Shown: piece after piece, positions 22,805-37,189 of the stretch
Layout: every line of letters begins with the position of its first letter
How positions within the stretch are numbered: the first letter of the stretch is position 1
Assembly (NCBI GenBank): GCA_026770705.1
Contig: JANJGN010000039.1
Location: 7,874,001 to 7,938,000 of the forward strand
Direction of reading: 5' to 3'
From: Isurus oxyrinchus
Lineage: Eukaryota
DNA length: 64,000 nucleotides
Notes under the pieces: model-generated
Database searches by the model: none
What the model saw: only the letters and a program-made list of their open reading frames with translations
What the model was told of the DNA's origin: nothing
Translations under genes and position numbers: made by a program

Positions 22805-24480
22805 GATAGAATCAAGGAAACATGGAAAGCAGAAGCAGGAGTGGGCCATTCTGCCATTCGAGCCTTCTGCACTATTCATCAAAACAATAACTAATCATAC
22901 ATTTCAACAACCTGCTCCGCTTTCTCCCAAAATAGTTTGATCCCTTGCTGCCTAAATGTTATATTTAACTCCTTCTTGAAAACATACAACATTTTCGCCT
23001 CAACTACTTTCTGTGGTCGCTGATTCCTCAGGCTCACCATTCTGTGGGTGAGAACTTTGCGCTCATCTCAGTACTAAATGGTACATCCCGTGCTCTCAAA
23101 CTATGACCGCTGGTTCTGGACTGCCCCACATTCGGAACATCCTTCCTGCCCTGTCTAGTCCTGTTAGAATCTTGTAGGTTTCAAGGAGATCCCCTCTCAA
23201 AATTTTGAACTCCAGCGAAAATAATCCTAACTGTCAAAATATCTCCTCATGTGTCAGCCCCACCATCCCAGGAATCAGTCTGGAAAACCATTGCTGCACT
23301 CCCTCTACAGGAAGAACATCCTTCCTCAGATAAGGAGGTCAAAATTGTGCATAATATTCGAGGTGTGGTTCACAAATGCCCTGCATATTTGCAGCACGAT
23401 TTTCCTGCTCCTACACACGAATCCTGTCACTATGAAAGCCAACATTTGCCTTCTTTACTGGCTGCTGCAACTGCATGCTTACCATTTGCGACTGGTGTAC
23501 AAAGACACCCAGGTCTAGTTGCATAATTCCCTCTCTCAATTTATAGACATTCAGATAATAATCTTCCATTCTGCTTCTTCTACCCAAGTGGATAACATCA
23601 CATTTATCCACATCGTAGTCCAACTGCCACGAATTTGCCCGCTCATTCAGCATGTCCAAATCTCAATGAAGTATCTCGGCAAATCTCTCACTGCACACCC
23701 TCCCACCCAGCATTGTGTCATCTACAAATTTGGAGATGATACATTTAGCTCCCCCATTTAAATCATCAATATTTTGAATTGTCGTGGTGCCAGCAACAAA
23801 CTCTGCGGTACCCACAAAATCGTCACACCCTGCCATTCGGATAACATACCCATTTATTCTATTCCTTGTTTCCTGTCCTCCAACCAGTATTCTATCCATC
23901 TCAATACAGTACCCCCAATCCCATGCGCTATCGTTTTTACTCCTTAGGGCTATGTAGGGCTTTGGCGAAAACATTCTGAAATGTGAAGTAAACCAGATCC
24001 ACTGGTTCCCCCTCATCAACTCTACTCATTACTTCCTCGAAAAATTCCTGTAGCTTTGCCAAGCTGTATCATGCTGACTCTGTCCGATTCTGCCACTGTT
24101 TTCCAAGTGTTGAGCTGTTAAATCTTTTACACTGGACTCTAGAATTTTCCCAACTACCAAGGTCAGGCTGACTGGTCTATAAATCCTTCTTTACCCTCTG
24201 ACCCCCTTCTTAACTGGAGGAGTTACATTACCTACCCTCCAATTTGTTGGAAGTGCTCCAGAGTCTATTGAATCACGGAAGATCAATGCATCCACTATTT
24301 CTAGGGCCACTTCCTTTGGTATTCAGGGATGTAGATGATCTGGTCCGGGGGATTTATCGGAATTCAATTATATCAGTTTATTCAGCACAATCACCCTACT
24401 AATTTTGTTTCTGTTTTCAGTTCCTCCCTCTCACTAAACTCTTTGCTCCCAAAAACACTTGGTATGTTTTTTCTGTCCTC
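22805..24480 (-). mobile_element. CR1 LINE RT and 3' fragment in the intron of GPCR copy 1
   Basis: ISKFVDDTMLGG, WQLDYDVDKCDVIHLGR and a CR1 3'UTR. No counterpart was seen in the right arm. Confidence 0.85.
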
Positions 24481-25589
24481 GACATTGCTCCACTACTCAA
24501 GTAAACCATGGCTGAAACCATGGCTCCAATATATTCTTTTACACAATTTCATATCTCTGGGTCCATTAAATACTTAGAATTCAGTTCATCGCTTCCCTGA
24601 ACAGACTCAAGGACTGAGCCTCCAAAGAACATCATCCTCTGAATGAATTGGATCCTCTTCATCTCAATCCAAAAGGACATAGCTCATCTTCTGCGTGTGT
24701 TTGTCCTGTTTTCAGGCACGCCCCCAAAAAGGGGAACATCCATCCTGCATCTGTTCCAATAAAACCCTATCATATCATTGTTTGCTTCCGTGAGATAACT
24801 TCTAATTTAGCATGTCTCCAGAGAGCGCAGGCTCACTCTCGTCAATATCTCCACATGGGGCTATATCATTAAATCCCAGTATTTCAAGGCATTCGTTTGG
24901 TGAACTCTCCTTGCTACATCACATCACCTCGTAACTCCCCACACACTTCACCACTGACAGTCCGTGGCAAGTTTTTATTTTTCACTTTGTTAAAAAGACC
25001 AATAGTCTATATGACACTTCATTTGCGCTAATGCCCATAAGTCCCAATGTTTGGTCGCCAGTATTCAATTCCTTCATCAGTGTAGTTTCATCGATACATT
25101 GCAAAGTACTGGAGTTCCTCGTTGATAGTTGCAGAACTAACATTCACACGTCCTCACTCCCTGAATAAGGTGTTGCCTAAATGAAGAAATTGGACAGAAA
25201 GTAACATGTTCACAGCATTAGCATTTGTGAATAACCATCCATAACGAAAATGGAAATCTCAAATTGCTTTTGAAGGGCTGTGCCATTGCACAATCCCCTA
25301 CAATCGGCATCTCAGCATCGTGATTAAATTAACCGTGCCGGCCATGTTAAAACAGGCCTAGAAGTGTAGGTTAGACTTTTCAATATCTGCGGAGAGCCTC
25401 TCAACTTTTAACTCCTCAGAATCTGACCACCATCAACTGACCATCTGGTATTCGTATGATACATTGAGATTGCCTGGATGATTTGAGAACAACCAATATA
25501 CTCTGTACCAATGGAACAACGTTTACTGCTTGATCAGCACCACAACAGTCACCATAAACATTCTACACGGGAATTGCAGCGTTGGGGAT

Positions 25590-27900
25590 ACATCAGGCTT
25601 TAGGTTAGACATTCTGTTTGTGCACAACTCTGCTCAGTGCCTCATGAAAACCCATTTTTAAGTTGCAGCTCTGGCTGAAATTTACGCCATTAAGCACAAT
25701 CAGAGTGCCATAAAACGCGATGGAGGCAATTCCCAATGCGAAGGTGTACTTCTTCTGCACAAGAACTGTTGGTGGTCAATCCTATCATTAACGTTGTGGG
25801 CACATGGACCTGCGTGTGGGTTGGCGGAGTGAGTTCAGTTAGCGTCTTCCGCCTTGTATGTTCCCTGACCACCTGCCAAAGACCCGGCCTAGCAGTTATA
25901 TTTACGGCTAGACCAGCTCAGCATTATTTGTGCTGCTGGAAATCTCTTGGTCATAAACATTGAAATCCCCTATGTAGAGCATAGTTTTTCCATGGAACCC
26001 CAAATCTCCCTCTATTGATGATCACTCATTCATCAGCTGAGGGGAACGGTAGGTAACATAAAGGAGGGGGTATTCCATGCCAATGTTTCAGCTGATGCCA
26101 TGAGATTTCATTGAATTACCAAGCCGTTTTAACGCTAAGACAATTTTTTCACACTCAACGTAAATAGTTTGAAGCAATGGCATTCAGGGAAGCAAAAAGT
26201 CTATTGGGCGATGCCCAGAAATTGGGTGGAAAATTCACATTTTACATCACGTTATTTACTGAGATTTTGTCTGATGATTGGAGATGAACGTTGAAAGCAG
26301 TAAGAAAAATTATTCAAATAAAGATAAATAGGTTGAATACTTTTGGTGACAGAATGCGTATCAGAACCACAGGCTGCTTTGTCCTGGATTAATTCCATGT
26401 TAGTTAATGTGGTTGGAGCAGAACTAATCCAGACAATGTAGTGCATTCTATCACACTCCTGATTTGCCCCTTGAAATGAAGGCTTTGCAGAAGGAGAGGG
26501 TGATTTCCTCCCAGCGGGATTCTCAGGTGCTGATGTGCCCTTCTAGTCACAGTTTCTGCTCAATGATATTTCTGAGGATACTGGAACTGGAGGATTAAGC
26601 AATCGTAATGGCATTAAATTTTAAGGATATTTTCATTGAAACTCTGATGGCGTCGATGGCCATTGCCTGTCAATTATGTGGAGTGAATATTACTCGTCAG
26701 TTTTCAGCACCGACCTGGACATTGCTGAGGCCTTTTTACACATGGGCACGGAATTCTGTTAAGTCGAGAATGGTGCTGAAGTTTGAGCATTCATCAGCGG
26801 GCGTCAATCCATCCGCACCTCCACCCACGTCTACCCCTCCCAACACACCTTCACCACAATAATCCCCCTTCTGTGATATTGATGGATAGACTTTCAACGA
26901 TAAAGAAGATGAAGATGGTACGGAACAGGACTCTAGTGCGAGGATCTCGTGCAATGATGTAATGAGGCTGAGAGGTACCATCTGCAAATAAAAACATTTA
27001 ATTGTGCTAGGTATTATTCCATTTATTGGAGGCTTTTCCCGCTTATTCTTATTGACCCCGATTTCGTTAGGGATCTTTGAGACCATATCCTGTCGATTAT
27101 CTTGATATGCAGCACAGGCTATCTCCCATCACGTCATGAGTTCTCTGTGTTTGATTCAAGACTGAACTAATAGCTGGGGATCATACAAAACACAAAATTA
27201 GCTTCACTGGGTAGCTTACTGTCGAGTAAATGGCAATTTCAACACTCTACATTACTCTTTCAATTGTTTTGCTAATGATCAAGAGTAAGTGGGTGGGCCA
27301 GAAATTGGATTTTTGTGTATGCCTTGCTTTTGGGGAACTACATACCTCTGCTTTTCTGTTTCACATGTTCGCTAAAATGCCAGTATTATAGCTGTACAAC
27401 TCCAGCTTGGCTCGGATGGCTTGTTGAGAGGCCCTGGTCTCCCACCTTATTGGTGGAAACTTACAGGAACCGCAGCCTCAGCATAATCTAGTCCCATCAG
27501 TCGTTTCATAATATCACGTACTGTGCATCGTATTGGCTGAAGGCTGGTATCTCAGATGCTGTCATCCTCAAGAGGAGGCCGGAAAGTTTCATCCACTTGT
27601 TACTTGAGGCTGAATGTGGCTGCAAATATTTTAGCAATATCTTTGCAGTGATGACCTGGGCTCAACAATCATTGCTGATGAAGATATGGATGGAGAGTCC
27701 TCAGGCAGTGATTTGTTCAATTTCCCATCACCATTCAAAACAGTATGTGACAGCCCTTCAGAGCTGAGATTTGGATATTGGTTTGCCTGTCAATTGAGCC
27801 CTGCTTCCCGTATTTTACTTGCAAGTTGTCCTGCCTTGGAGCTGCATCTGGTAAGCCTCCATTATCCACTACTTCAAGTTCAACTCTAGGCATATGACAT
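25590..27900 (-). mobile_element. Rearranged old LINE remnants in the intron of GPCR copy 1
   Basis: WISSAPTTLTNMELIQDKAAC remnant. Mirrored, including internal junctions, at about 55200-57600. Confidence 0.7.
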
Positions 27901-30900
27901 ATGTCGGCAAAGGTCCTTCCTCAGTACCTCTGAGTACGTGGCCTTGAACAATTGGACGAACAAGGGCAGAATCCGCATGGAAGCAGGATTACTTGCAAGC
28001 TCCTTTCCAAGTCACACATCAGCATGACTTGGAAATACATTAGCTTCTTTTCCCGACTCACACTGGATCAACTGCTGGAACTCCCTAGCTCGTAGCACAG
28101 TGTGTCCATCTGCATCATATGGACTGCAAAACTGTAAAAAAAAATCCCTTTCAAGGAGAATTTTTGAAAACGAATATACGCTCATCTTGTCAATATATCG
28201 ATTGAAAGGAAATAATGCATCATGCCGAATCTATGCTTATTGCGCCCTTGTGCATTAAAATGACGGCCCTTTCTGTTTCTTTCGTGTAGGGTAGACTAAG
28301 ATTAAAAATAACATTCTTATGTTGCTTTATTTTTTTCCAGTATTCTCGTCCCTAAGTGAGGACCTGTATGTTCAATCGCTCGTGAAAATCTAAGCCTGTA
28401 ACCAAATAATTGGCCGAATTATTTGACCACAAATCGCCGACCCCGCCCCCTATCGAACTGTATTCACAGCTTCATAATCTGCCGCCTGAGGTCCTGGTTC
28501 AAACTGCCGATTGGACGTGGACCCCACTTTGCATCTCTCATTGCCCCCTCCCTCTTGCGAAGGGCACATTGCTGTTAAACTGATAAGGCAAAAGGAAGAC
28601 ACTCAGTCGGTTTGTGCTTTATCCGATTGGGTCTTTGCAATAACGACATCAGAGGAACGTAAACCAAAGTGCAGTGCACCTGATCTATGTTTCTTTTCCA
28701 AATTACAAATCAATAACGGGTCAAGAAAAAATTGCAGATGCATACCTAAATGGATAATTCCAACAAAAAAAAATATATTATATATCCTATCGGCAGGAAA
28801 CTATATGATAATGTATTTGCTATTGGTACACTTAATTTGATAGCTAACATAACGAATAATTTCTTTGCTAGTTTAATATTCAATTTGGCAGATAACTGAG
28901 TGCTTCATTCAATGTGTATTTCAACGTTTTATTTGGAGGTACATTCAGGAAGTGCATTGACAATTTATTGATTTTTTTTTTGTAATTGATTTTATTCTAA
29001 TTTCGGCTCCTTAAATACATAATTGTGTACATTACTGAGTTTTTGTTAAGGGGTTGCATCTTGACAGTGCTGGCCAAGACAATTTGGGTGATGATATATT
29101 GGTTAAACATCTTTATATAAATCAAAACAGTGAAATGCTGGAATGCAAAATACAACTTAATTATCTCAGTGTAAATTCATGGTGTTGTACTGATACGAAT
29201 ATTGTTTTGCTCAGCTGATACCTTTATAGGGATAGGGCAACTAATGTCAACCTTCATTTTTGTCAACATTTCTCTCGGATTGTAGTTAAACCAAATGGGC
29301 ATTGATTTTCAAATGCTTCCCTCCATTCCAGTACAGCCTACACGGGCATCAGGAAATGAATTTTCAATTAATGCCCATCAACCAGTCTTTGCAAGTCTGC
29401 TTATAATTAGCTGTTGCAGTTCTCATCAAGTCAATGAACGATTGATGCTTGTTTTCGAGTTTGAAAATTTTGAATGAAAGGCAGCAGCTGCCACATGAGC
29501 TGTGGATGTTGCATGAAGAGACCGCTTTTTATTTGTGTGGTCGAAGCTTATCAACTTTCAAGCTGAGACAGAAATATGAAAATCTGTTTACCTTTCTCCG
29601 AATAATTCTTCTGATTGCTTTAAAAAATTAGTTTAAAGCATTAATCAGCAACTGAATTAAATAATCTTGTTCAAAATGTTGCTTCATCATCCCATCGTCA
29701 GTCTTGCTCCATTGCATTGTTGCTATCCTAAATGTCAAAAACTTTACATCATTCTGCACCATTTTGTATAGCCTTAAAAAGCACTTGGTACTTCAATGAA
29801 CACCCTATTCATTCTTCCCTCCATTGTGAAAATGTGAATTTTCCATTCCGTAAACTGTGTCCCCTGTGATTGACCAAAGATTTCAGTCTAAAAGATATTC
29901 TGCACGGTTACCAGATCCATGATTTCCGATCTTACAACACAGCCACCAGGGCTCCACGCAAAATCTCAATTCAATTCAAATTCAGACAATTTCAATTACT
30001 TACTTTGGATATTAGTGAAAGCTCGAGTTCTATGCTTTTTTAAAAGGTACATAATAATTTGACGATCGTATGCAATAAAGACAGCATTTCCAGTAGCAAC
30101 AAGTTGGTTCCTTCGGTTTAACTGAAACATGTGATATTTCGAAAAGCATATGGTGGTTAATTAAGTAAGCAACATGAATTATATTATGCAGCCCTGACTA
30201 GCCAAGGCTCAAGGCAATTTCGCTTGATTTATACCATTATTGATTGTAATCAGTAATTATACGGAGTGTTTTAACTGTATTCTCCTATGTAATAACTTTT
30301 CGTTAAATTAATTCACTAAATTATGAAAAGTTTCCTGAATTTTGAAAAATAAATATGAATGTTCCTAAATCATTTTAAAATCTGTGGCTGTTCTGAGACG
30401 GCCAATCTAAAATTAAAGTAGCTACAGAGGGTTTTATTATAACTATGGTTTTGTTCAGAGTTACTTCGATAACATAAGGTCGTCAACAATTCACAAACTC
30501 ACACTTCTAATCATATCTTTGTTTTCCAAATGCGTTACTGACTCAAGTCAATTTGTCCATCACTGTCAATATCTCTCTGGATCTTCTACACTTGGTGTCC
30601 AACAGGAATCTGTGTTCAGCTTCATGTATCGAAAACGTTCACAATGATGCGGCTCTTGAGATGAATAGAAATATTTTCTGACTTTTCAGCAAACAAGTGC
30701 TTTGTTCTTCATCCGATCAAAGAAGGGAACAAATCTCCGGACTCCTGAGTAGCGAAAAGCGGACTTACACTTCGTTTGAATAACATTTTCAATTGCTCAT
30801 TCGCCATATTGTGGGAATCACTCTGATTCTCATTGCCTCTCCATTTTACGATATCTATGCAATGTACTTAAAAACTAGCCTGCCCAGCAAGAAACATGGC

Positions 30901-33900
30901 GCCACACAACACCTCATGAGGGCCAATATATGCTCCCCACTCAATCTGAGCAGTCCTTTTAGCAAAATAACTTTATCCTAGTTGGCTATTAAACTGCCCC
31001 CATCCAGCCTGCCCAGCCTGTGTAGCAACTTTGATTTAGTCTTGCTGCTATGAAGCAGCGATACATTCCGCCTGAACCAGAACTTCACGATGCTCAGCGT
31101 GCATATCAATCTTGCAACACTCAAACTGTTTTAAACTAGCTGACTGATCGGCCCTCAACTTGCAGATACACTTCACCCTGCGATCTGCATAAGCATTTTA
31201 CCTTATTTAGATTGTCATTCACCACCACCGTGAGGACGTCCCGGGGAATGTTCACTCAGCCTTGTATATTTTGGTCCCTCTTTGTAGTCTATTCACTATT
31301 ATACCTTGTCCTGTTCAATCTCAACCTTACCCTCCCAAGTGTTCCGAGTACATTCGTGCCTCTCGGCACATTTTGCATTCAAGATGTCAGCCTTGTTGCA
31401 CAGTACCCCTTCCAAGAACTTATTGCAAGACTCTATATTGCGTCCTCTGCCCAGATCCCGTTGCACCTTCACACATCAATTGGCTCTTTAACACCTGCCA
31501 TATCACACTTAAAAGTTACCATGCCAAGGCATTTTTGTGACTTCAAATTCTTCACATTCTTGCTCAACAGGCTCAACAGCTGCCCAGTCTTAATGGAGGA
31601 TTTTTCTACCAGAAAACGAATAATCAATGAACGTTTCCCATCCGTGTGCACTTGTATAAGGTTCAGTCCATGTTTAACACACGTTTCTCTCATGAAATAC
31701 ATGAAATGATGCAAAAGTAAGCGAAATTTGTTTTGAGCACCCTTTGCTGCCATCAGAAAAAAACTTTTTCACATTTGTCGAATATTTCATGTTTTGTCTC
31801 TACCTCTCTTACAATGAATACTGTTGCAATTGTGATTCTTTCCCGAGGAAAGTGTGGTCTCTCGAAATGTGTTACATGCTATATGATGGCCATGGCAGCA
31901 ACTGACCTCCTGGTCGTATGTACTGACGTAATACTTACGAGTACAGTGGATATTTATTGCCCCAGTTCATTCTTCACAATGACCCCTGTGTGCTGTCTAA
32001 CACTAACACTGAGTTATGTATTCACATCAGCCTCTGTCTGGCTAACAGTGATGTTCACATTCGATCGTTTTGTGGCCATATGTTGAGAGAAGCGTAAAAA
32101 AATATTGTACAGAGAAAACGGCAGCTGCTGTCATAACGGTGGTATCTGTGTTGAGCTGCTTGATAAGCATTCCTTGGTATTTTGCATATGAACCTGAAAA
32201 TATAGTGGACAATGTTAGGTTGTGTCCTAAAACAGACATTTATCATTTCTGCTGGATGGGCCGCATTTGACTTGTTTACCCTTACCTTAACCCCCTGTGT
32301 TCCATTCATTATAATTTTGTTGCTAAATGTGTTGATCTTTAGGCGTATTTTACTGACCAATAAAGTCCGCAGGGGCCTCCATGTTTGCAGCAATGGCGAG
32401 CATCACAAGGATTCAGAGATAGAAAGCCGAAGAAAATCCATGATTTTACTTTTCAGTATATCCAGCAGTTTTATATTGTTGTGGGCCATTCTGGTTGTAT
32501 ATTTTATGTCTTTGCATACAACAATCATTTCATATTCTGGTCTTAATAAGCTTGAATCAGTTGCATATATGCTTGAACTTCTCAATTGCTGCACAAATAC
32601 ATTCATTTACGTTTTGACACAGGCTAAGTTTAGGGAGGAGCTGAAGAATGGGATGTGATACCTTAAGAAATTGTTCGTAAAATTATTCAAATCATAATTA
32701 CAGCTGAAAATGCATTGACATACTCAGGAGAACACACACGTGTACCTTGAAGCAACTCATATTAGCAAAGTGCTTGAGATGATGCTTATACTCTCTGGAT
32801 AAAATTGTATACCTACTGTTTTATAATATAAGCTCAAATTGTACTCTTTTTCACCATATTATGTAGTCAAAGATGAATGTGGTGTGTAATAATATTAATC
32901 AAACATTCTAAAGAGTGCCGAATATTATTGCAGAGCTGGAAAGAGTGAATTGAGGCTCGAGGCTCTGACCGTATAATTGGAACAGTTGTTCATTTCTGTC
33001 AGACACCACATCAAACATCACCAGCTGTTTCACCCATGACATGAAAACATTTAACAAGAAAAGGAAACGTCACATGTTTCCTGCAATATCTCTTCAAATC
33101 CAAAGAGTAATTAGGGTGTATTTGTAGAACAATTTTTATGACATCTGGCACCCTCCAAATCTCAGAGAGTTACACAAGGAACTGCTTCTCAGTTTTCCTT
33201 ATAGCTCACATGATTAAAAAAATGAAAGCCTGATCAACATTTATTTTGTGAAAGGATGCGCCTTTGCAGGGGTGATCACAAGGTGAAATGAATCATTGAC
33301 CCCCCGCCCACAACACCCCCCACCCCCCACCCGCCATGATCCATAGGGCAGAGAGATTGTTCGATGCATTGGATTAAAAACGTTCAGATCCGATTTTCTT
33401 GCGAATCATTTGAAAGTGCGTAAAGCTGATGTATTTCTTTCATGATCACAGGGTGTCCCTCCTCCCCAAATGCTCATTCACAAAACTCTCTACTTCCTTT
33501 TCTCTGGTTATTTCACAAACGCTCAGCAAATGATTGTTATCATAATTCTCATTTTATCCTTTTAAAATTATTAATTTGAAACCTATTCTCAATCTACCGA
33601 GTGATGCTTCAGCCAGACATCTGCACGATTTCCCAGCTGTCAGTCTTCCACTTGCATGTTTTCCGAGCATCAACTTGCTCCTTTCTATTGCTGTGCACAT
33701 TGAATATGAACAAATACTATGTACTTCTTCTCATTTAAATATTCATAGCAATTCTTCTCATTTACTTTACTTAAAAGCAGTTCGAAGAATGTAATTTGAT
33801 GCTGGTTACAGCACAAAGCAGACCATTGGACAGCCGTGTCCCCTTTCTCCCCCTCAAGGATCAAGCAATCTGGCAAAAAAAAAACCCTCTGCTTTCTATG

Positions 33901-34349
33901 ATGATCAGATCATTCGACTTTTCCAGAAAATAACCCAACATCGTCTTGAACATTGCTAGTTGACTTTTCGAATCATCCCGCCAAATAATTTACCAGAAGA
34001 GCTGCCAATTAACATGGCGAATGACATTTGTGGTGAAATGGAAATCTATGCCTGTCACCCTGGCAGACATTCACCTTGTTAAAATTTGCACTCCTTCATG
34101 TCATGAAGGGCATTTCTGTCAAGGACAAAAACAGTTATTTTATCCCTAATTGTTTTTAGCACAAGGTGATCATGTGCAGACTTTACGAAGAGCTACAGTG
34201 TATGTGCAATCTTCGTACAGGCTGCATAGGGCCTGGAAATATGAATAGCTACGGTACGCACATCGAGCAATATTTTCTAAATATTTGCTCTGATATTTCG
34301 ACATCTGCACTTTCTAAATCTCCAAATTGAATGCTCAGCTCTCCGTCCT

Positions 34350-35320
34350 TTTAGTTCCTAAGGGATCTTGCGTTCGTCAGGGCAGTGTGCTAGGTCCAGC
34401 CATCTTCAGCTGCTTCAACAATTACCTTCCCCCAATCATAAGGTTAGAACTGGGGCTATTCGCTGAAGATTGCTGAAGGTGCAACGCCATTCTTGGCTCG
34501 TGAGGTAATGAAGCAGTCCGTGATCAAATTGAGAATGAACTAGACAACGCACGCCCTTTAGCTCACAAGTGGAAAACAACTTTCACGAGCCAGGCAATGA
34601 CCATCATAAAAAGATACAATCTATCTATTGCCCCTTGGAATTCAATGTCATTACCACGGATGAATTGCACACTATCAACTTTATTACGATTCTCACTGGC
34701 AAGAATTGGACCTTGAATAATCATATAAACACTGTGCATACCCATGCAGACCAGAGGTTAATAATGCAGCGCGAAACTTCTTTCTTGGCTCCCCAAACCC
34801 GTCCTAACTGGACAAGGCACAAGATCGCTCTCCACTTACTTGGAAGTTTGCAGCTCCAGCAACACGAACGAAGCAGAGCGCCATCCAGGACAAAGCAGCC
34901 TCCTTAATTAGCACCACTTTCACAAATATTCACTCCCTCCACCACCGACGCAATTGTAGCAGCAGTGTCCGCCACCTAAAAACATGCACGGCAAAAATTC
35001 ACCAAAGCTCCTTAGACAACCCCTTCCCAGTCCAACACCGCTTACACCCGTAGTGCAAGAACAGCGGGTGCACGGGAAAACCTGCAAGTTGAAGTTTAGC
35101 TTCAAGACACCCACCATTCTGACGGAAAATATATCGCCGTCCCTTCACTGTCTCTGTGTCAAAACCAGGGAACTCCCTTCGAATCATTGTTGTGGTTGTA
35201 CGGACAGCACAGAAACTCCAGCAGTTCAAAAGTAAACCCACCACCAGCTTCGCAAGGGAACAAATCAATAAATGCAAGCCAAACAAATGGCGCCCAAATC
35301 TCGTAAAAGAATAATAATGA
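34350..35320 (+). mobile_element. LINE RT C-terminal and 3' fragment, shared with the right arm
   Basis: QGSVLGP..FSCF.N.LP remnant and KNWTLNNHINT. Same 5' junction as the copy at 47210-48150. Confidence 0.8.
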
Positions 35321-37189
35321 TAAAAATCGTCTCTGTCGCTGCAGATCTACCGCGCTTTCTAACAGGGTGTGCGGAGGGAAACAAAATGTAGCGTTTCTAA
35401 TCCGTGTGATTATTCTTCACACTCCATTTATTAGCTCTCCAAGCCATTCCGCTGCCTAACACCCGTCTCAGTCTGAACCAGGCTATTAACAGACGTGTTA
35501 CCATACAATTGACGCCATCACTTAGACAGGCCGTTTCTATCTCTCAATTTTAATCCTGCCTCACTGAATTCACTGCTGGAGCCACATCTAAAACTTCGTT
35601 CCCTCTAGACTTGAGAATTCCAACACAGCAATTCTAACCTCCCACACTCTAACTTCCATAAATTTGATATCATTTAAATCTCTGCTGCAGCGCCCTAGCT
35701 TACTGCAAACCTCATTTCTCTATCAAACCTATGTTCTCAGGCCAGCAGGGGATAGCGGGCAAGCATCATGTTGCCTTCAATGTATTAATCTTTCTTTTTA
35801 AATCCCAACAATCACTTACCTCTCCCAACTGTTTCCATCTCTTCCAGCCTCCACGGCACTTCGCAACATCTGGGTTCCTCTAACTCCAGCATCTTGTATG
35901 TCTCTGATTTCAGTCGAACTACAATGATGGCCAGGGCTGCAACAGCCTGGCCCGTAAGCTCTGAAGAGCAGTTTCCAGCGCCATCGTATTTTTTTGTTGT
36001 ACAAACTTGGTGCTTTATTTTAGCTTTCATTATTTGCTAAATCTCCACTAGGATCAACGTTGTCTTTTGCTCCAAAATATGTCGGTGGAGTCCAGAAACT
36101 TCGCCATGACTCAATGTAGATACTGTGCTGCTACATCAAAACCCGCTGCTCCCCGCACCATGACACATGTGAAACGGTTGCTGGAACCTCCATATTGTTT
36201 AATTTAAGTTAGTAGAATACAAGCAACAGGGTTGTAAACTAAATAAATAAATAACTGCGCATTGAAAAATTTGCCTTTAACCAGAGGCAAAAGGAAGAAA
36301 TATGAACCACTCACTACTAACTCTATGACCTAAACCCCATCCCTCCTTAAACTCCTACTTACACAGACACAATACTGAAAAGTCACAAGAAGCATTGGAA
36401 GGATGAGATGAAAAAGATTAGTAGCGCCATTTCCAGAATACAGGATTCGATTAGTTTATATTGATTAATGTCTTTCAAATTCATTTTTGTTCCTGATAAT
36501 GACAAGGCGTGGCCTTCCAGTGTCTTCAGTATTTAACTCACTCGTTGGACACTTGCCTTTCAGTGCTTTGAAAGGTGCTTTTCCCATTTTCCTCTTGGAA
36601 GGGGATTTCCAGAGAGGGTAAGAGCAGGGTATGTGAGGGTGAAAAACAATCGTGTATTGTTATAGAATTATTGGAATATTGTGCACACAGGAGAAACATG
36701 TTTTATGTCTATTTATTTTCTGGCAACAGCTAGTCTGCTGCATGTCTCTCAAACAAGCCCTGGTCGCCTGACCAGAGACCAAATAATATGATGCGGCAAG
36801 GCAATAAGTTCAGACTCCTCCTCGGTAGCGCTCTGTCATACATGGCAAAGACTGTTCCAGGAGAACAGAATTGTATATTTGCCTCACACTGTTCAAGTAA
36901 ACCTGCCTCTCAAACTGTAGCTATTGCAATTATAATGCACAGACCAGCAGAAATAGAAAAAAAAAAATAGGCTGTTTACACAGTGTCCACATTGATGGCT
37001 CCATTGGGAATTAGTCTGGAAAAATGGCTTGGTTATCATGATCTTTTATCACTATTAATATTGCTTTATTTCGAGCACAGTTCAGCAAAGGTAAGGGCAG
37101 CTCAGGGACCATATGTTTAGCCGGTTCCTGGCTTTTCTGGTTACTATGGCGAAGAGGCATAACCTGCGGTTTCAATTTCACACTTAAGA

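Larger units (their letters stand above)
22119..32658 (+). pseudogene. GPR139-like class A GPCR pseudogene; coding exons 22119..22188 and 31815..32658
   Basis: Exon 1 MGELILHQIEAIYYPTLAAIGVP|GTAAG. Exon 2 has ATDLLV, SVWLTVMFTFDRFVAIC, PCVPF, RRKSMILLF and NTFIY. Lesions: acceptor AG->AA (31813-14), TGA 32084-86, 2-nt deletion at about 32096-32102, 5-nt deletion at about 32217. Confidence 0.92.
20490..35360 (+). repeat. Left arm of an old inverted segmental duplication carrying the GPCR gene
   Basis: Collinear reverse-complement similarity to 47160-61000 in unique non-coding DNA, e.g. 21400-21510 vs 60060-60170, 28504-28552 vs 54121-54170, 33145-33235 vs 49210-49300 and 34190-34240 vs 48275-48330. 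Confidence 0.9.

Noticed and set aside
31212-31709. 165-aa hydrophobic ORF
   Set aside because: Non-ATG start, inside the GPCR intron, and the homologous region of the other arm shows no matching ORF.
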